Positions 52,501-60,888 of a stretch of 64,000 bases of DNA are shown in pieces. The DNA is from Raja brachyura (taxonomy: Eukaryota): positions 68,324,001-68,388,000 of the forward strand of contig OY740789.1 in NCBI GenBank assembly GCA_963514005.1, in the 5' to 3' direction. The notes under the pieces are model-generated. The model worked only from the letters and a program-made list of their open reading frames with translations. It was not told where the DNA came from and made no database searches. Position 1 is the stretch's first letter. The number at the start of each line of letters is the position of its first letter. Both the position numbers and the translations under genes were made by a program.

Positions 52501-55500
52501 AAAGGCAGGCAATAGGCTTGTGATCGACGCTGACATGAGCATTCGTCCTCGTTTTGATCACCTGATGGCTGCAAAGCAATTTCAGCCATCTCATTGACAG
52601 AGTATTGGCAGACATATTTTAATAAATCAGGCTGGGTTTTTTTTTCAATTTTTGTTTCGGGGGTCACAGTACAGACCAAGAATGTCTGATGGGGTCGTGG
52701 AGCCAAAAGGGTTAAGAACCACTGGACCAGGGTATTATAGCAATCACAGATTTGTGGCTGAGGGAGAGACATCACTAGTGGGCAACTCAATGTTCCAAGG
52801 TGCAGATGTGACAGATGGAAGAGAGGTAAAGGTCAGAGAGGAGGAGGAGTTGTGATTTTAATTAAAGCAAACTTATTGGAAGTCTTTAGAAAGGAAATTG
52901 TTGGGGACTGTCCAGTGACAATGAGCATTATGGATCACCTCATGCATTACCAAGGAGTTATTGTTCTAAAACTGTGCTTTGTAAAACTGTGCTTTTTCTA
53001 AAACTAAAACTGTGCTTTTTTTTTACAGTCTTATTTCTTTTAACTCTCTGGCAAATGTATGTATGTGCATGTACATGTATGCATCATTTGTGCATATTTC
53101 ATGCACCATTTTTGTATTTTGCATGTATGTGCCCGAGTCTATGTGACTGTGGTGCTCCCTCATGCAAGTTCTTTTGTTTTACTTATACCTCGTTGTTCAT
53201 GTACATATGATGATAAACTTGACTTGAGGGTAGGAGACTGTAAAATTTGAGGGCCCAGGTTTAAAATAAGAAGTACTTAACAAGGACCTGAGAGACGACG
53301 TTTTCCAATGCAGACAGTGTGTAAAATGGAACAAGTGCCCGGCGGAGGTTGGTGCAACTACTACACTTAAAAAACACTTTGACAGGTAGGAAATTTTGCA
53401 GAAAGGTCTCAAGCCAAAACGTCATCTGTCTACAAATGTGGTCGGACCTGCTGAGTTTCTCCAGCATTTAGTTTTTTGCTCGTGAATAGGAAAGGTTTAG
53501 AGGGTTATGGCCAGGCACAGGCAGTCGGGTCAGGAAATTGGTTGGCATGAATATTGAATCTAAAAGTTACTTAACAACTCAAAGCTGCAAACATAAAGTT
53601 TCAAAACTAAGAATGTTTTGATTCATTGTTTATATTCCAATAACGTCTATCTCTCTTGGGAAACTCAGCAGACGAGGCAGCATCTATGGAGCGAAGGAAA
53701 TAGGCAACGCTTCGGATCGAAACCCTTCTTCAGACTGATGTCTGTCTGTCTCCCACCCCTGTTTGCTTTCCGCAGAGACCGTTCCATCCGTAACTCCCTG
53801 GTTGATTCGTCCCTTCCCACCCAAACCACCCACTCCCCTGGTACTTTCCTTTGCAACCACAGGAAATACTACACTTGTCACTTTACCTCCCCCCTTGACT
53901 CCATTCAAGGACCTAAGCAGTCTTTCCAGGTGCGGCAAAGGTTCACCTGCACCTCCTCCAACCTCACCTATTGCATCTGCTGCTCCAGGTGTCAGCTGCT
54001 CCACATCGGTGAGACTAAGCGTAGGCTTGGCGATCGCTTCGCCCAACACCTCTGCTTGGTTCGCAATAACCAACCTGATCTCTCGGTGGCTCAGCACTTC
54101 AACTCCCCCTCCCATTCCGAATCAATCCATTCTGTCCTGGGCCTCCTTCATGGCCAGAGTGAGGACCACCGGAAATTGGAGGAGCAGCACCTCATATTCC
54201 ACTTGGGCAGTTTGCACCCCAGCGGTATGAATATTGACCTCCAATTTCAGGTAGTCCCCGCTTTCTACTCCCCTTCCTCGCTCTCCCTCAGCCCACTGTC
54301 TCCGCCTCTTCCTTTCTTCTACCCGTCCTCCCCACCCTCACATCAGTCTGAAGATGGGTCTCGAACTGAAACATCGCCTATTTCCTTCGCTCCAGAGATG
54401 ATGCCTTATCCGCTGAGTTTCTCCAGCACTTTTGTCTATCTTCGATTTTCCAGCATCTGCAGTTCCTTCTTAAACATCTTATCTCTCTTGTGTCTTGTCA
54501 AATTACCTAAACATTCCTCACAGGAAATTGGAAAACAGTTACTTAATTACCAAAAGGTAAAAGTGAGAGTGTTTCATTTGCCAACACACAATGTTACATC
54601 CATTCTTCCTGATGATCATGAGTTCCTTCTTGGTATCTTATGTATCATAAGATACACGCAGTTCAATATTTAGTTTTACACAAGAAAAACGTCAGATTTT
54701 CACTGTTATCTTTATGGCAGTAATGCAATGATAATGTAGCAGATGACAATCAGAACCAGGGGCTACACTTAGAATAAAGGGGAGGCCATTTAAGACTGAG
54801 GTGAGAAAAAACTTTTTCACCCAGTGAATTTGTAGAATTCGCCGCCACAGAGGGCAGTGGAGGCCAAATCACTGGATAGATTTAAGAGAGTTAGACAGAG
54901 CTCTATGGGCTAGTGGAATCAGGGGAGAAAGCAGACATGGTTATTGATTGTGGATGATCAGCCATAATCACAATGAATGGTGGTGCTCACTTGAAGGGCC
55001 GAATGGCCTCCTCCTGCACCTATTTTCTATGTTTCTATAAATACCTCAATGAGATTTTCTCATTCACTTCATGTGTACAATTAAGAAACACATGTGAATT
55101 TAACGTGTGCCACATTGCAATGCACACCCTTTTTGTGGGTAAAAGCCCCAGTAACCATAATTTACAGATAGAGACTGAAGTACCAACAAAAAGAGCAATG
55201 TAGCAATATGTGAGGAGGTTGAATGTCTACTTTAGGATTACCTTGATTCAGTTCATTGGAACATGTCCAAGACCATTCTATCTACCCTGAACAAGTATAC
55301 CTTAGTCATCAGGATTTTCATCAAATAAATGCGATGACGACTACATTCTGACAAAGACAATTAGAGTTTATCTTTATCAGGAACCTTGGAGGAACCAGGG
55401 AGATTCACTCACTGCTGAAGTCCAGATTTGAGGCCTTCAAGAAGGATGATCCTGTCCTGTACAAGATGGCCAAGTACGATCTCCGAAAGCCTATTAGGGA

Positions 55501-58500
55501 TGCCAAGAGCAAATTCCAAAAGAAGCAATGTAATCAACTGTGGTAATGGCCCATATCTACACCCATCTCCCAGACGATCAAGTCCTCTAGCAATTTGCAT
55601 GCAGGAAAATAAATTACAAGACAACATCTCCCTTCATGGATCACATTGGCAATATCAACAAATATGTCACGATGCTATTCATTGACTACACCAAATTAGT
55701 CCATTAGAGTCCAATTAGAGTCCGTTATAAAGGAGGAAGTTACACAGTACTTAGAAGTTCATGGTAAAATAAGCAAGGTCGGCATGGCTTTGTGAAGAGG
55801 AGATCTTGCCTGATGAATCTGCAGGAATTTTTTAAAGAAGTAAACGGTAGGACAGATAAAGGAGAGTCAGTGGACGTTGTTTACCTAGATTTTCTAGGTA
55901 AACTGCTTTTCTGAGGCTGCTAAGGAAGATGAGAGCCCATGGTATCAAAGGGCAGATACTAGCATGGAATAGCAGGTTGGCTGGATGGCAGGTGGCAAAG
56001 AGTGGCAATAAAGGGGGCTTCTTCTGGTTGTCTGCCAGTGACTAGTGACGTTCCGCAGGGGTCGATGCTGGGGCTGCTAACGCATTGTATATTACTGATT
56101 TGGATAAGGATTGAAGGGTTTGTGGCCAGGTTTGCAGATGATACGAAAATAGGTGGAGGGGCAGGTAGTGCAGAGAAAGCAGGGACTCTGCAGAAGGACT
56201 TGGACAGGGTGGGGGAGTGGCAAAGATGTGGCAGACGGAATACAGCATAGCAAAGTGTGGAGTCATGCACTTGTTGTAGGACTATTTTTGGATTGGGAAG
56301 AGGATTCAGAAATTGAAGGTGCTTTGGATGGACATTGGAGTACTAGTGCAGAATATCCAAAAGGTGAATTTGCAAGTTGAATTGGTAGTAAGGAAGACAA
56401 ATGCAGTGTTAGCATTTATTTTGAGAGTTCGAGATTATAAAAAAAGGGATGTATCTCAAGATCCACCTTCCAGCCAAGGCAGTTATCAAAACATTAGCTC
56501 AAACGAGGAACACAGTTCATTGTCTACCAGGCATCAGTGATTCCTGACCTACCATCTTCATCAGAGTCATAGCAGCATGCGTCTCCAAGCACTGCAGAGT
56601 CACTACCCATGCTGTCCCAGTGGCCTCCAATGGCCAGACCACACTGCTTGCAGGCCTAGATGCTTTCTTCCATCAAAAGATGAGATTACCAGGTGGACAG
56701 AGGAAGTGTTTCAAGGATCTGCTCAAAGCCACCTTGAAAGACCGCAGCATCCCCTCTGCCACATGGGAATCCTTGGTCTACGATAGTTCAGAGTAAAGCA
56801 GGAGAATTAGGAACCTAGAGTTCATTCCTCGATAGCACACAGAAGCTCAGCACTAATAACAAGAGCCCAACAACCCCTTCCTCATCACGCTGTGTTGAGG
56901 TATCGAAAATCCACCTCTTTGCAGGAGGGAGCAGTGAGCAAGTGGGGGGTGGGGGGGCATATTACCCATCCCAACATTCAGTCAAACATCTCCAAACATC
57001 GATTGTAGCAAGGTATGTAGGTCCTACATTTGCCTCATCAGCCAAGGTAAGAGGAAGTCACCACCCAATCCTGTCTAAGAGGGAGCTGACACCTCCTGAA
57101 AGGCAGTGTAACTATCAGGTAATGTCTGTGCACTACATGTTGCAAGAAAGTTGCTGAAATAAAAATTAGATTCACTCGCAGCACCATAGCCCACTCGCCC
57201 ACAAACACCCCTTGCTCACTCCTACGAGAAGGGGATTTTCTGTCCTTCAATACAACTTAATGAGGATGAAGGGGAATTGTGGCTAAGAAGATGGGCCCGA
57301 TCCAGCTGCCGAACAACCGCGCAGCCACCGAACGGGAGCCTCGGCAGGAACGGGAGCCTCGGCAGGAACGGGAGCCTTGGCAGGAACGGGAGCCTCGGCA
57401 GGAACGGGAGCCTCGGCGGCAACGTGGGCCTCGGCGGCAACATGGGCCTCGGCGGCAACATGGGCCTCCGCAGGAACGGGAGCCTCGGCGGCAACGGGAG
57501 CCTCGGCAGGAACGGGAGCCTCGGCGGCAACGTGGGCCTCGGCGGCAACGTGGGCCTCGGCGGCAACGTGGGCCTCGGCGGCAACGTGGGCTTCGGCGGC
57601 AACGTGGGCCTCGGCGGCAACGTGGGCCTCGGCGGCAACGTGGGCCTCGGCGGCAACGTGGGCCTCGGCGGCAACGTGGGCCTCGGCGGCAACGTGGGCC
57701 TCGGCGGCAACGTGGGCCTCGGCAGCAACGTGGGCCTCAGCAGGAACGGGAGCCTCGGTGGTGCTGGGTCCTCGCGGTCGATGAGTGCGAGGGGGGAGAG
57801 GAAGACAATGGGGACCCGGCGTGGGGGGGACCGCTGTGAGAGACGGTGGGAGAACAAAGGGCAACCCGGTGTGGTGGAGGGGGGAGGGGGGAGGGGGGGT
57901 CACTATAGTTTAGAATCCTCTGCCCAGGGGATAAGTCTGTGTGTGTTTGTTTGTTCGTTTGCTCCGGTGAAGGCGCTGTGGACATGGCATCCAGACAACA
58001 GTCGCTTGTCTTTTTCCTTTTATTTTCACTTTTAATTTCAAGTTTTTGTGTCCCTTGTGTGTTGTGACTGTCGGCAGACCAATTTCCCTCTGGGGATGAA
58101 TAAAGTTTCATCGTATCTTATCGTAAAACGGGTTCTCAACGAGTAGGAAACTGATCATTTATTCACCACTACAACTGATTGAAACTAAAGACATAATTAT
58201 ATTTGAACTCAAGAACCGTAAACTATCTGGGCGGTAATATCTAAACAACATTCTTCAGTAAATGAGACTCATTTACATTTACATGAGGAATGTCAGATCG
58301 AACAATATTTTCCATATTAACAAACAATTTGTTATTACCTTGACATTGTTCTTTGAGGGAACTTGATGTCAATGAAATCTCCGTTAATCATTTAAAGAGT
58401 CTTTTGTAGTAATCAGGGTATTAAACTAGTTTGGACTTGCATTGCTAAGCCAGTGCCAAGTGCCACTCTCAGCCTTCACAACAAAGTGAGCTAATTTGTT

Positions 58501-60888
58501 CATTCATGTAGTAGAATCGCAGGGCTACCTCACAAGAGTTGGGGAATCAAGAACAAGAGGGCACTGGTTTAAGGTGAGAGAGGAAAGATTTAATAAGAAC
58601 TTGAGGGGTAACTATTTCCACATTGAGGATGGTACATATATGGAATGAGCAGCCAGAGATAGGATTGAGGCAGTACCAATAGCATTTAAAATGCACCTGG
58701 CACAAGAAAAACACTTAAAAGGCATTCGGACAGGTACATGGATAGGAATGATGTAGAGGGGTATCTGTCAAACAAAGGCAAATTAGGCTAGTTTGTTTAG
58801 GCATCTTGGTTGGCATGGACAATCTGTACCAAAGGTCCTGTTTCTAGGCCTGCATCCAGCCCCATTGTGTCTATGCAGGTTCAATCTAATTCCACCTTTT
58901 ACCAGCCGATTACAGTTCTTCAGCAACATATCCAGGCAAAGATTTCTGCCTGCAGCACCCTTTCAAGAGTGGATATCGCTGAATACTTCTCTACGACCAA
59001 GTTCACAATATCAAATTACTGCAAGGTAAATTCAAACTCCAAAGCATTATTATGCCTATTCAGATTATGTTTGGATGCTGGCAACTCATTATGGCTACAA
59101 ACGCAGCAGGATGCTATAAACAACAGTGAGAAGTAGTACTCAACCCTGACCTAGGCGGCAAAATATGGCAACTCCGGGGAAAAATGACAACTCAAAAAAA
59201 CAAAGCAGCTCTGATCAAGACCACAACTTCAATGTAACCCACTGCACATTTAGCTTTTACAGCAAATGAATCCCACACTGACAAAACATTGTTGCACAGG
59301 CACTGCAATCAAAGACTGATATTCGAGGTCTGAAATGCCGGTGTTGCAAAGAGTGCAATGCAGATTTAATTAACTTTGGCTGTATTCGACCAAGTACAGA
59401 AAAAATAAGCAGTGATCTCACTGAAAAAGTTAAAATGACATGGCACACCTCAAAGAGTAATCACCTCTGATACCATCAGTCCGGAGGTACAGAAGCTTGA
59501 TGGGCCAGGCCACCAGGTTCAGGAAGAGCTACTTTGTTACAACTGTCAGGTTCTTGAACCAACCAGCACTAATCCACCTCAATAACAGAACACTGGGATC
59601 CACCCTGGGCTCTATCATGCACATGTTTTATTTCCCAATTATGTCTTGCTTTTTTTTTACAGTATCTTTCTTTTAGCATGTTTATGCGCAATTGATGTGC
59701 AATTTGTTTAACACAATGTGTTTGTCTCAGTCTCTGTGCCCTGCAAGATTTTTAATTGTATCCATCCTACTTGTATATGTGACAGTAAACTCAACTTGAC
59801 TTGCTACTTCAGAATAAGGGATCAACATTTTAAAACGGTCAATCTGGGCTGATGGCAGGAAAGACCGTAGAAAGTATCTTGGAGATACGGAATGTTTTCC
59901 CAATAAAGCCTCAGAAGGCCAGGGTGAGGTCAAATGCAACTTTTAAAAGGTTAAACAAATGAATATATGCTGTGGATGGGTGTTGACACCACTGCTCTAA
60001 GGCAGGAAGGTGGAGTTCAGGTACAGAACAGTCACGGTCCTATCACATTGCAGGACTGGCTTAAGAGATGGAAGCCTCTATCCTAGAGTTGTGAAATGGT
60101 TTCCTGGCATTTTTCCACTTCGCCAGTGCCTTTTACATCTCTTGTGACGGGCAGCACTTTCTACACTTTACCTTTAGCATTGCACTGAATTGTCAAACCA
60201 GAGTTTGGTACAGGAATGGAACCTGATGACCCATAGTCAAGAGAGTTTCTGTTCCGCTGCAGCTAACTGCAGTGGCTTTGAACAGAACCGTGCGTGTTTG
60301 GAAGCCACCCAGAGTAAAACATACTGTCAAATATCTTGTGGCGGGAGGACTGTTAACATATTTGACACATAAATCATAAATATGCAAGTTTGTGTCCAAA
60401 GTCCAACTGTAGGAGCAGGCTACCGTAGCTGGCAATGTGGATTGATGGAAAATCTTGGCGGAAACATACATTCTTTGACAATAAAAAGGCAATGGGTGAA
60501 GCAAGGTTGCTTGCTCTCCAAATTGTTGATGTGACCTGTAACTATCTAACTGAATCCTTTAACGGTAACAATGTGTTAATGTCTACAGTGAAGCAATGCA
60601 TGAGTGATGTTACAGACAAATCTATTAAACTAATCTTATTTTACGATAAGATTGTCAAATAAGGGACAAAGGGCATGAGAAAATTAAATCTTCATATAGT
60701 GAACTGCATTTCCTTAGTTATATCGTTTCCATTGTACTATATTCTATAAATGTTAAAGAGAATAAATCAAATAGTACAAAGTCCCAGGCGCAAAAAAGAC
60801 AAGGAACAAAATCCAGTTGCTTAGACTAACTTCTCACCTAGTTTCACTTATCTCCATTTCTTCATCTTTCTCTCTGTCATCTTCCAAG
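10439..60888 (-). CDS. STARD9: StAR-related lipid transfer protein 9 / kinesin-3 KIF16A: stalk, giant disordered region, coiled coils and C-terminal START domain (14 exons, 13,375 coding nt in window)
   Basis: Diagnostic peptides: [115 protein letters not shown], and the START-domain peptides [37 protein letters not shown]. All exon phases chain without stops. Confidence 0.95.
10622..10780 (-). CDS. STARD9: STARD9 START-domain exon ([19 protein letters not shown]...[14 protein letters not shown]...LTQ)
   Basis: tctctag|AAT...CAG|gtaaag; 159 nt, phase 0 to 0. Confidence 0.93.
11413..11486 (-). CDS. STARD9: STARD9 START-domain exon ([25 protein letters not shown])
   Basis: catcaag|TT...AAG|gtacgg; 74 nt, phase 1 to 0; PRDF START signature. 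Confidence 0.92.
11761..11897 (+). mobile_element. Solo PLE terminal repeat (similar copies at about 1760-1841, 5310-5465, 26392-26523, 48545-48725 and 53395-53480)
   Basis: atcagt-c(g)gaagaagg...gaaacgtc-acctattccttctctccagagatgctgcc...ccagcatctgcagtt. Confidence 0.75.
13028..13668. mobile_element. Non-autonomous DNA transposon (MITE, probably PIF/Harbinger-like)
   Basis: About 28-bp TIRs GGGGCTGTCCCACTTGGACGAACTAATC / GATTAGGTCGCCCAAGTGGGACAGTCCC; no coding capacity; superfamily assignment tentative. Confidence 0.8.
14923..16068 (-). mobile_element. Penelope-like retroelement, 5'-truncated and decayed (RT C-terminus, GIY-YIG, terminal repeat)
   Basis: Peptides [16 protein letters not shown] and [38 protein letters not shown]; degenerate hammerhead at 15029-15054. 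Confidence 0.85.
16568..16724. mobile_element. Short fold-back PLE-terminus-derived insertion
   Basis: Inverted arms 16569-16620 / 16641-16692; flanking 16-bp direct repeat CAGAATATAAAAGTTA (16552-16567 / 16725-16740). Confidence 0.8.
17229..17434 (-). CDS. STARD9: STARD9 START-domain exon ([13 protein letters not shown]...[17 protein letters not shown]...GIEL)
   Basis: ccattag|A...G|gtaaga; 206 nt, phase 2 to 1. Confidence 0.92.
17545..18970 (-). mobile_element. CR1/HER1 LINE ORF2 fragment (-), interrupted by a + strand CR1 3' end at about 18436-18740
   Basis: [47 protein letters not shown]; the insert encodes [33 protein letters not shown]. Confidence 0.85.
19285..19349 (-). CDS. STARD9: STARD9 exon ([21 protein letters not shown]), start of START domain
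   Basis: cttttcag|ATC...TGG AG|gtacat; 65 nt, phase 0 to 2; AGW motif. Confidence 0.85.
19995..20089 (-). CDS. STARD9: STARD9 exon (GKITKSS...[16 protein letters not shown])
   Basis: attgcag|GA...GAG|gtgagt; 95 nt, phase 1 to 0; YQDLA motif conserved. Confidence 0.85.
20895..20923 (+). ncRNA. Hammerhead core variant from a diverged PLE copy
   Basis: CTGATGA-A-AGGTC(TGA)GACCT-GAAA-CATT; stem II covaries relative to the main family. Confidence 0.5.
21782..22033 (+). mobile_element. SINE-like retroposon with a Rex1-type (GATTCT/GATTCA)n tail
   Basis: A close inverted copy lies at 24011-24405; ends aataaagtgtgattctgattcagattctga. Confidence 0.7.
22162..23306 (+). mobile_element. Penelope-like retroelement, 5'-truncated and decayed
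   Basis: [26 protein letters not shown] and [10 protein letters not shown] motifs; GIY-YIG remnant; hammerhead remnant at 23213-23240. Confidence 0.88.
23500..23880 (-). mobile_element. Older Penelope-like fragment
   Basis: [10 protein letters not shown]...[17 protein letters not shown]-like remnant plus terminal-repeat remnant. Confidence 0.55.
24011..24405 (-). mobile_element. Longer copy of the same SINE-like family, with a CpG-rich 5' part
   Basis: Reverse complement of 21782-22033 with a GC-rich extension. Confidence 0.7.
25126..25219 (-). CDS. STARD9: STARD9 linker exon ([31 protein letters not shown])
   Basis: aataacag|CAG...CAT G|gtgagt; 94 nt, phase 0 to 1. Bridges the flanking exon phases; sequence poorly conserved. 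Confidence 0.65.
26777..26911 (-). CDS. STARD9: STARD9 exon ([33 protein letters not shown]...TK)
   Basis: ctctctcag|GAG...AAG|gtgaga; 135 nt, phase 0 to 0. Confidence 0.9.
27548..27731 (-). CDS. STARD9: STARD9 exon ([41 protein letters not shown]...QLLK)
   Basis: cctgcag|G...AAG|gtaact; 184 nt, phase 2 to 0. Confidence 0.92.
27940..29010 (+). mobile_element. CR1/HER1 LINE 3' fragment
   Basis: INDLD...[13 protein letters not shown] motif, decayed C-terminus and characteristic tail. Confidence 0.8.
28030..28101 (-). mobile_element. 72-bp PLE-terminus insertion nested in a CR1 LINE
   Basis: 13-bp TSD ACGTAAATGTAGA (28017-28029 / 28102-28114); carries the 3' half of the hammerhead (CCCGAAACGTT). 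Confidence 0.75.
29400..30520 (-). mobile_element. Decayed CR1 LINE fragments (about 29400-29840 and 30110-30520)
   Basis: [13 protein letters not shown]...KYVEALKRV. Confidence 0.65.
30761..30964 (-). CDS. STARD9: STARD9 exon ([12 protein letters not shown]...RTRSLSPQK...DMVENTR)
   Basis: gtaaaag|A...CG|gtaagt; 204 nt, phase 2 to 2. Confidence 0.92.
32023..43275 (-). CDS. STARD9: STARD9 giant exon, 11,253 nt (about 3,750 codons)
   Basis: ttttacag|T GAT TTC...GAC AG|gtgagc; contains the 3744-aa ORF 32019..43253; S/E/Q-rich low-complexity sequence ending in the conserved [17 protein letters not shown] motif. Confidence 0.95.
43590..43980 (+). mobile_element. Ancient DeuSINE-like remnant, interrupted by the 43801-43940 insertion
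   Basis: gtgagacatcaaactga...aatgttcatccct...gcttgctgtgtgcaaatggg...ctgtaaagcactttgagatgcctgatgttgtgaaag resembles the recalled Deu-domain plus L2-type tail. Confidence 0.45.
43801..43940. mobile_element. Short fold-back PLE-terminus-derived insertion
   Basis: Inverted arms cacaaaatgctggagaaactcagcgggtgc / gcacccgctgagtttctccagcattttgtg; 14-bp TSD AAGCACTTTGAGAT (43787-43800 / 43941-43954). Confidence 0.8.
44202..44733 (-). CDS. STARD9: STARD9 exon ([12 protein letters not shown]...[20 protein letters not shown]...YAPFYS)
   Basis: cccccag|AC...AG|gtatgc; 532 nt, phase 1 to 2. Confidence 0.92.
45360..46940 (-). mobile_element. CR1 LINE ORF2 fragment (endonuclease to RT)
   Basis: [10 protein letters not shown]...[18 protein letters not shown]...[33 protein letters not shown]. 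Confidence 0.88.
47405..48100 (+). mobile_element. CR1/HER1 LINE 3' end with (CTATTGT)-like tail (similar tails at about 210-400, 2770-2940, 3395-3540, 27235-27380, 54755-55040 and 58540-58850)
   Basis: [13 protein letters not shown]...[19 protein letters not shown]; [12 protein letters not shown]...[11 protein letters not shown]; tail gctcgaagggccaaatggcctactcctgcacctattg. Confidence 0.9.
48138..48358 (-). CDS. STARD9: STARD9 coiled-coil exon (RQLRELRQ...[16 protein letters not shown]...[11 protein letters not shown])
   Basis: gttctcag|G...A|gtacgt; 221 nt, phase 2 to 1; resembles human QIQQQQSYVEDLRHQI. Confidence 0.88.
48862..48889 (-). ncRNA. Minimal type-I hammerhead ribozyme core, perfect copy
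   Basis: The reverse complement reads CTGAAGAAGGGTCTCGACCCGAAACGTC, identical to 2143-2170, inside a PLE-terminal repeat at about 48775-48895. Confidence 0.7.
50652..52724 (+). mobile_element. hAT superfamily (Buster/Charlie-type) DNA transposon, full length, with a decayed transposase at about 50850-52597
   Basis: TIRs CAGCAGTTCTTAACC / GGTTAAGAACCACTG; 8-bp TSD gactagcg / gaccaggg; transposase motifs [37 protein letters not shown] and [11 protein letters not shown], broken by stops and frameshifts. Confidence 0.92.
53659..54479 (+). mobile_element. Penelope-like element: GIY-YIG endonuclease region with a 3' terminal repeat and an inverted 5' terminal repeat
   Basis: [36 protein letters not shown]...HFNSPSH...GMNID; hammerhead-like cores at 53706-53733 (-) and 54348-54375 (+); 11-bp TSD TATCTCTCTTG (53648-53658 / 54480-54490). 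Confidence 0.9.
55720..56450 (+). mobile_element. CR1 LINE RT fragment
   Basis: [34 protein letters not shown]. Confidence 0.85.
56455..57020 (+). mobile_element. RTE-clade LINE 3' remnant
   Basis: Manual translation near 56690-56780 gives [29 protein letters not shown], resembling the RTE/BovB C-terminal GGQxKRxKDxLKxxLK motif. Confidence 0.6.
57331..57762. repeat. GC/CpG-rich minisatellite, 24 x 18 bp (AACGGGAGCCTCGGCAGG and AACGTGGGCCTCGGCGGC variants)
   Basis: Units counted directly; perfect 18-nt periodicity with two main unit types. Confidence 0.95.
60838..60888 (-). CDS. STARD9: STARD9 short exon ([17 protein letters not shown]), most upstream exon in window
   Basis: ttttttaaacag|C...AG|gtgaga; 51 nt, phase 2 to 2, compatible with the next exon. 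Supported by splice signals and frame only. Confidence 0.6.

Noticed and set aside
50798-52597. Domesticated ZBED/Buster-like host gene
   Set aside because: Multiple stops and frameshifts plus retained TIRs and TSD indicate a dead transposon.
53618-54673. 351-aa ORF as a functional endonuclease gene
   Set aside because: The frame runs from flanking DNA through a truncated PLE. It lacks the RT, has no ATG start, and has altered GIY-YIG residues (LTY/HIG).
57175-57255. Possible STARD9 exon ([11 protein letters not shown]...)
   Set aside because: Its acceptor phase does not fit the phase-2 junction between exons 60838 and 48358, and no homology was recognised.
57222-58035. Five long overlapping ORFs with hexapeptide repeats (PRPTLP, GGNVGL, RQRGPR, AEAHVA, ASAATW)
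   Set aside because: They arise from a stop-free 18-bp GC-rich minisatellite, with no splice or homology support. The array is also not a CRISPR, since there are no unique spacers.
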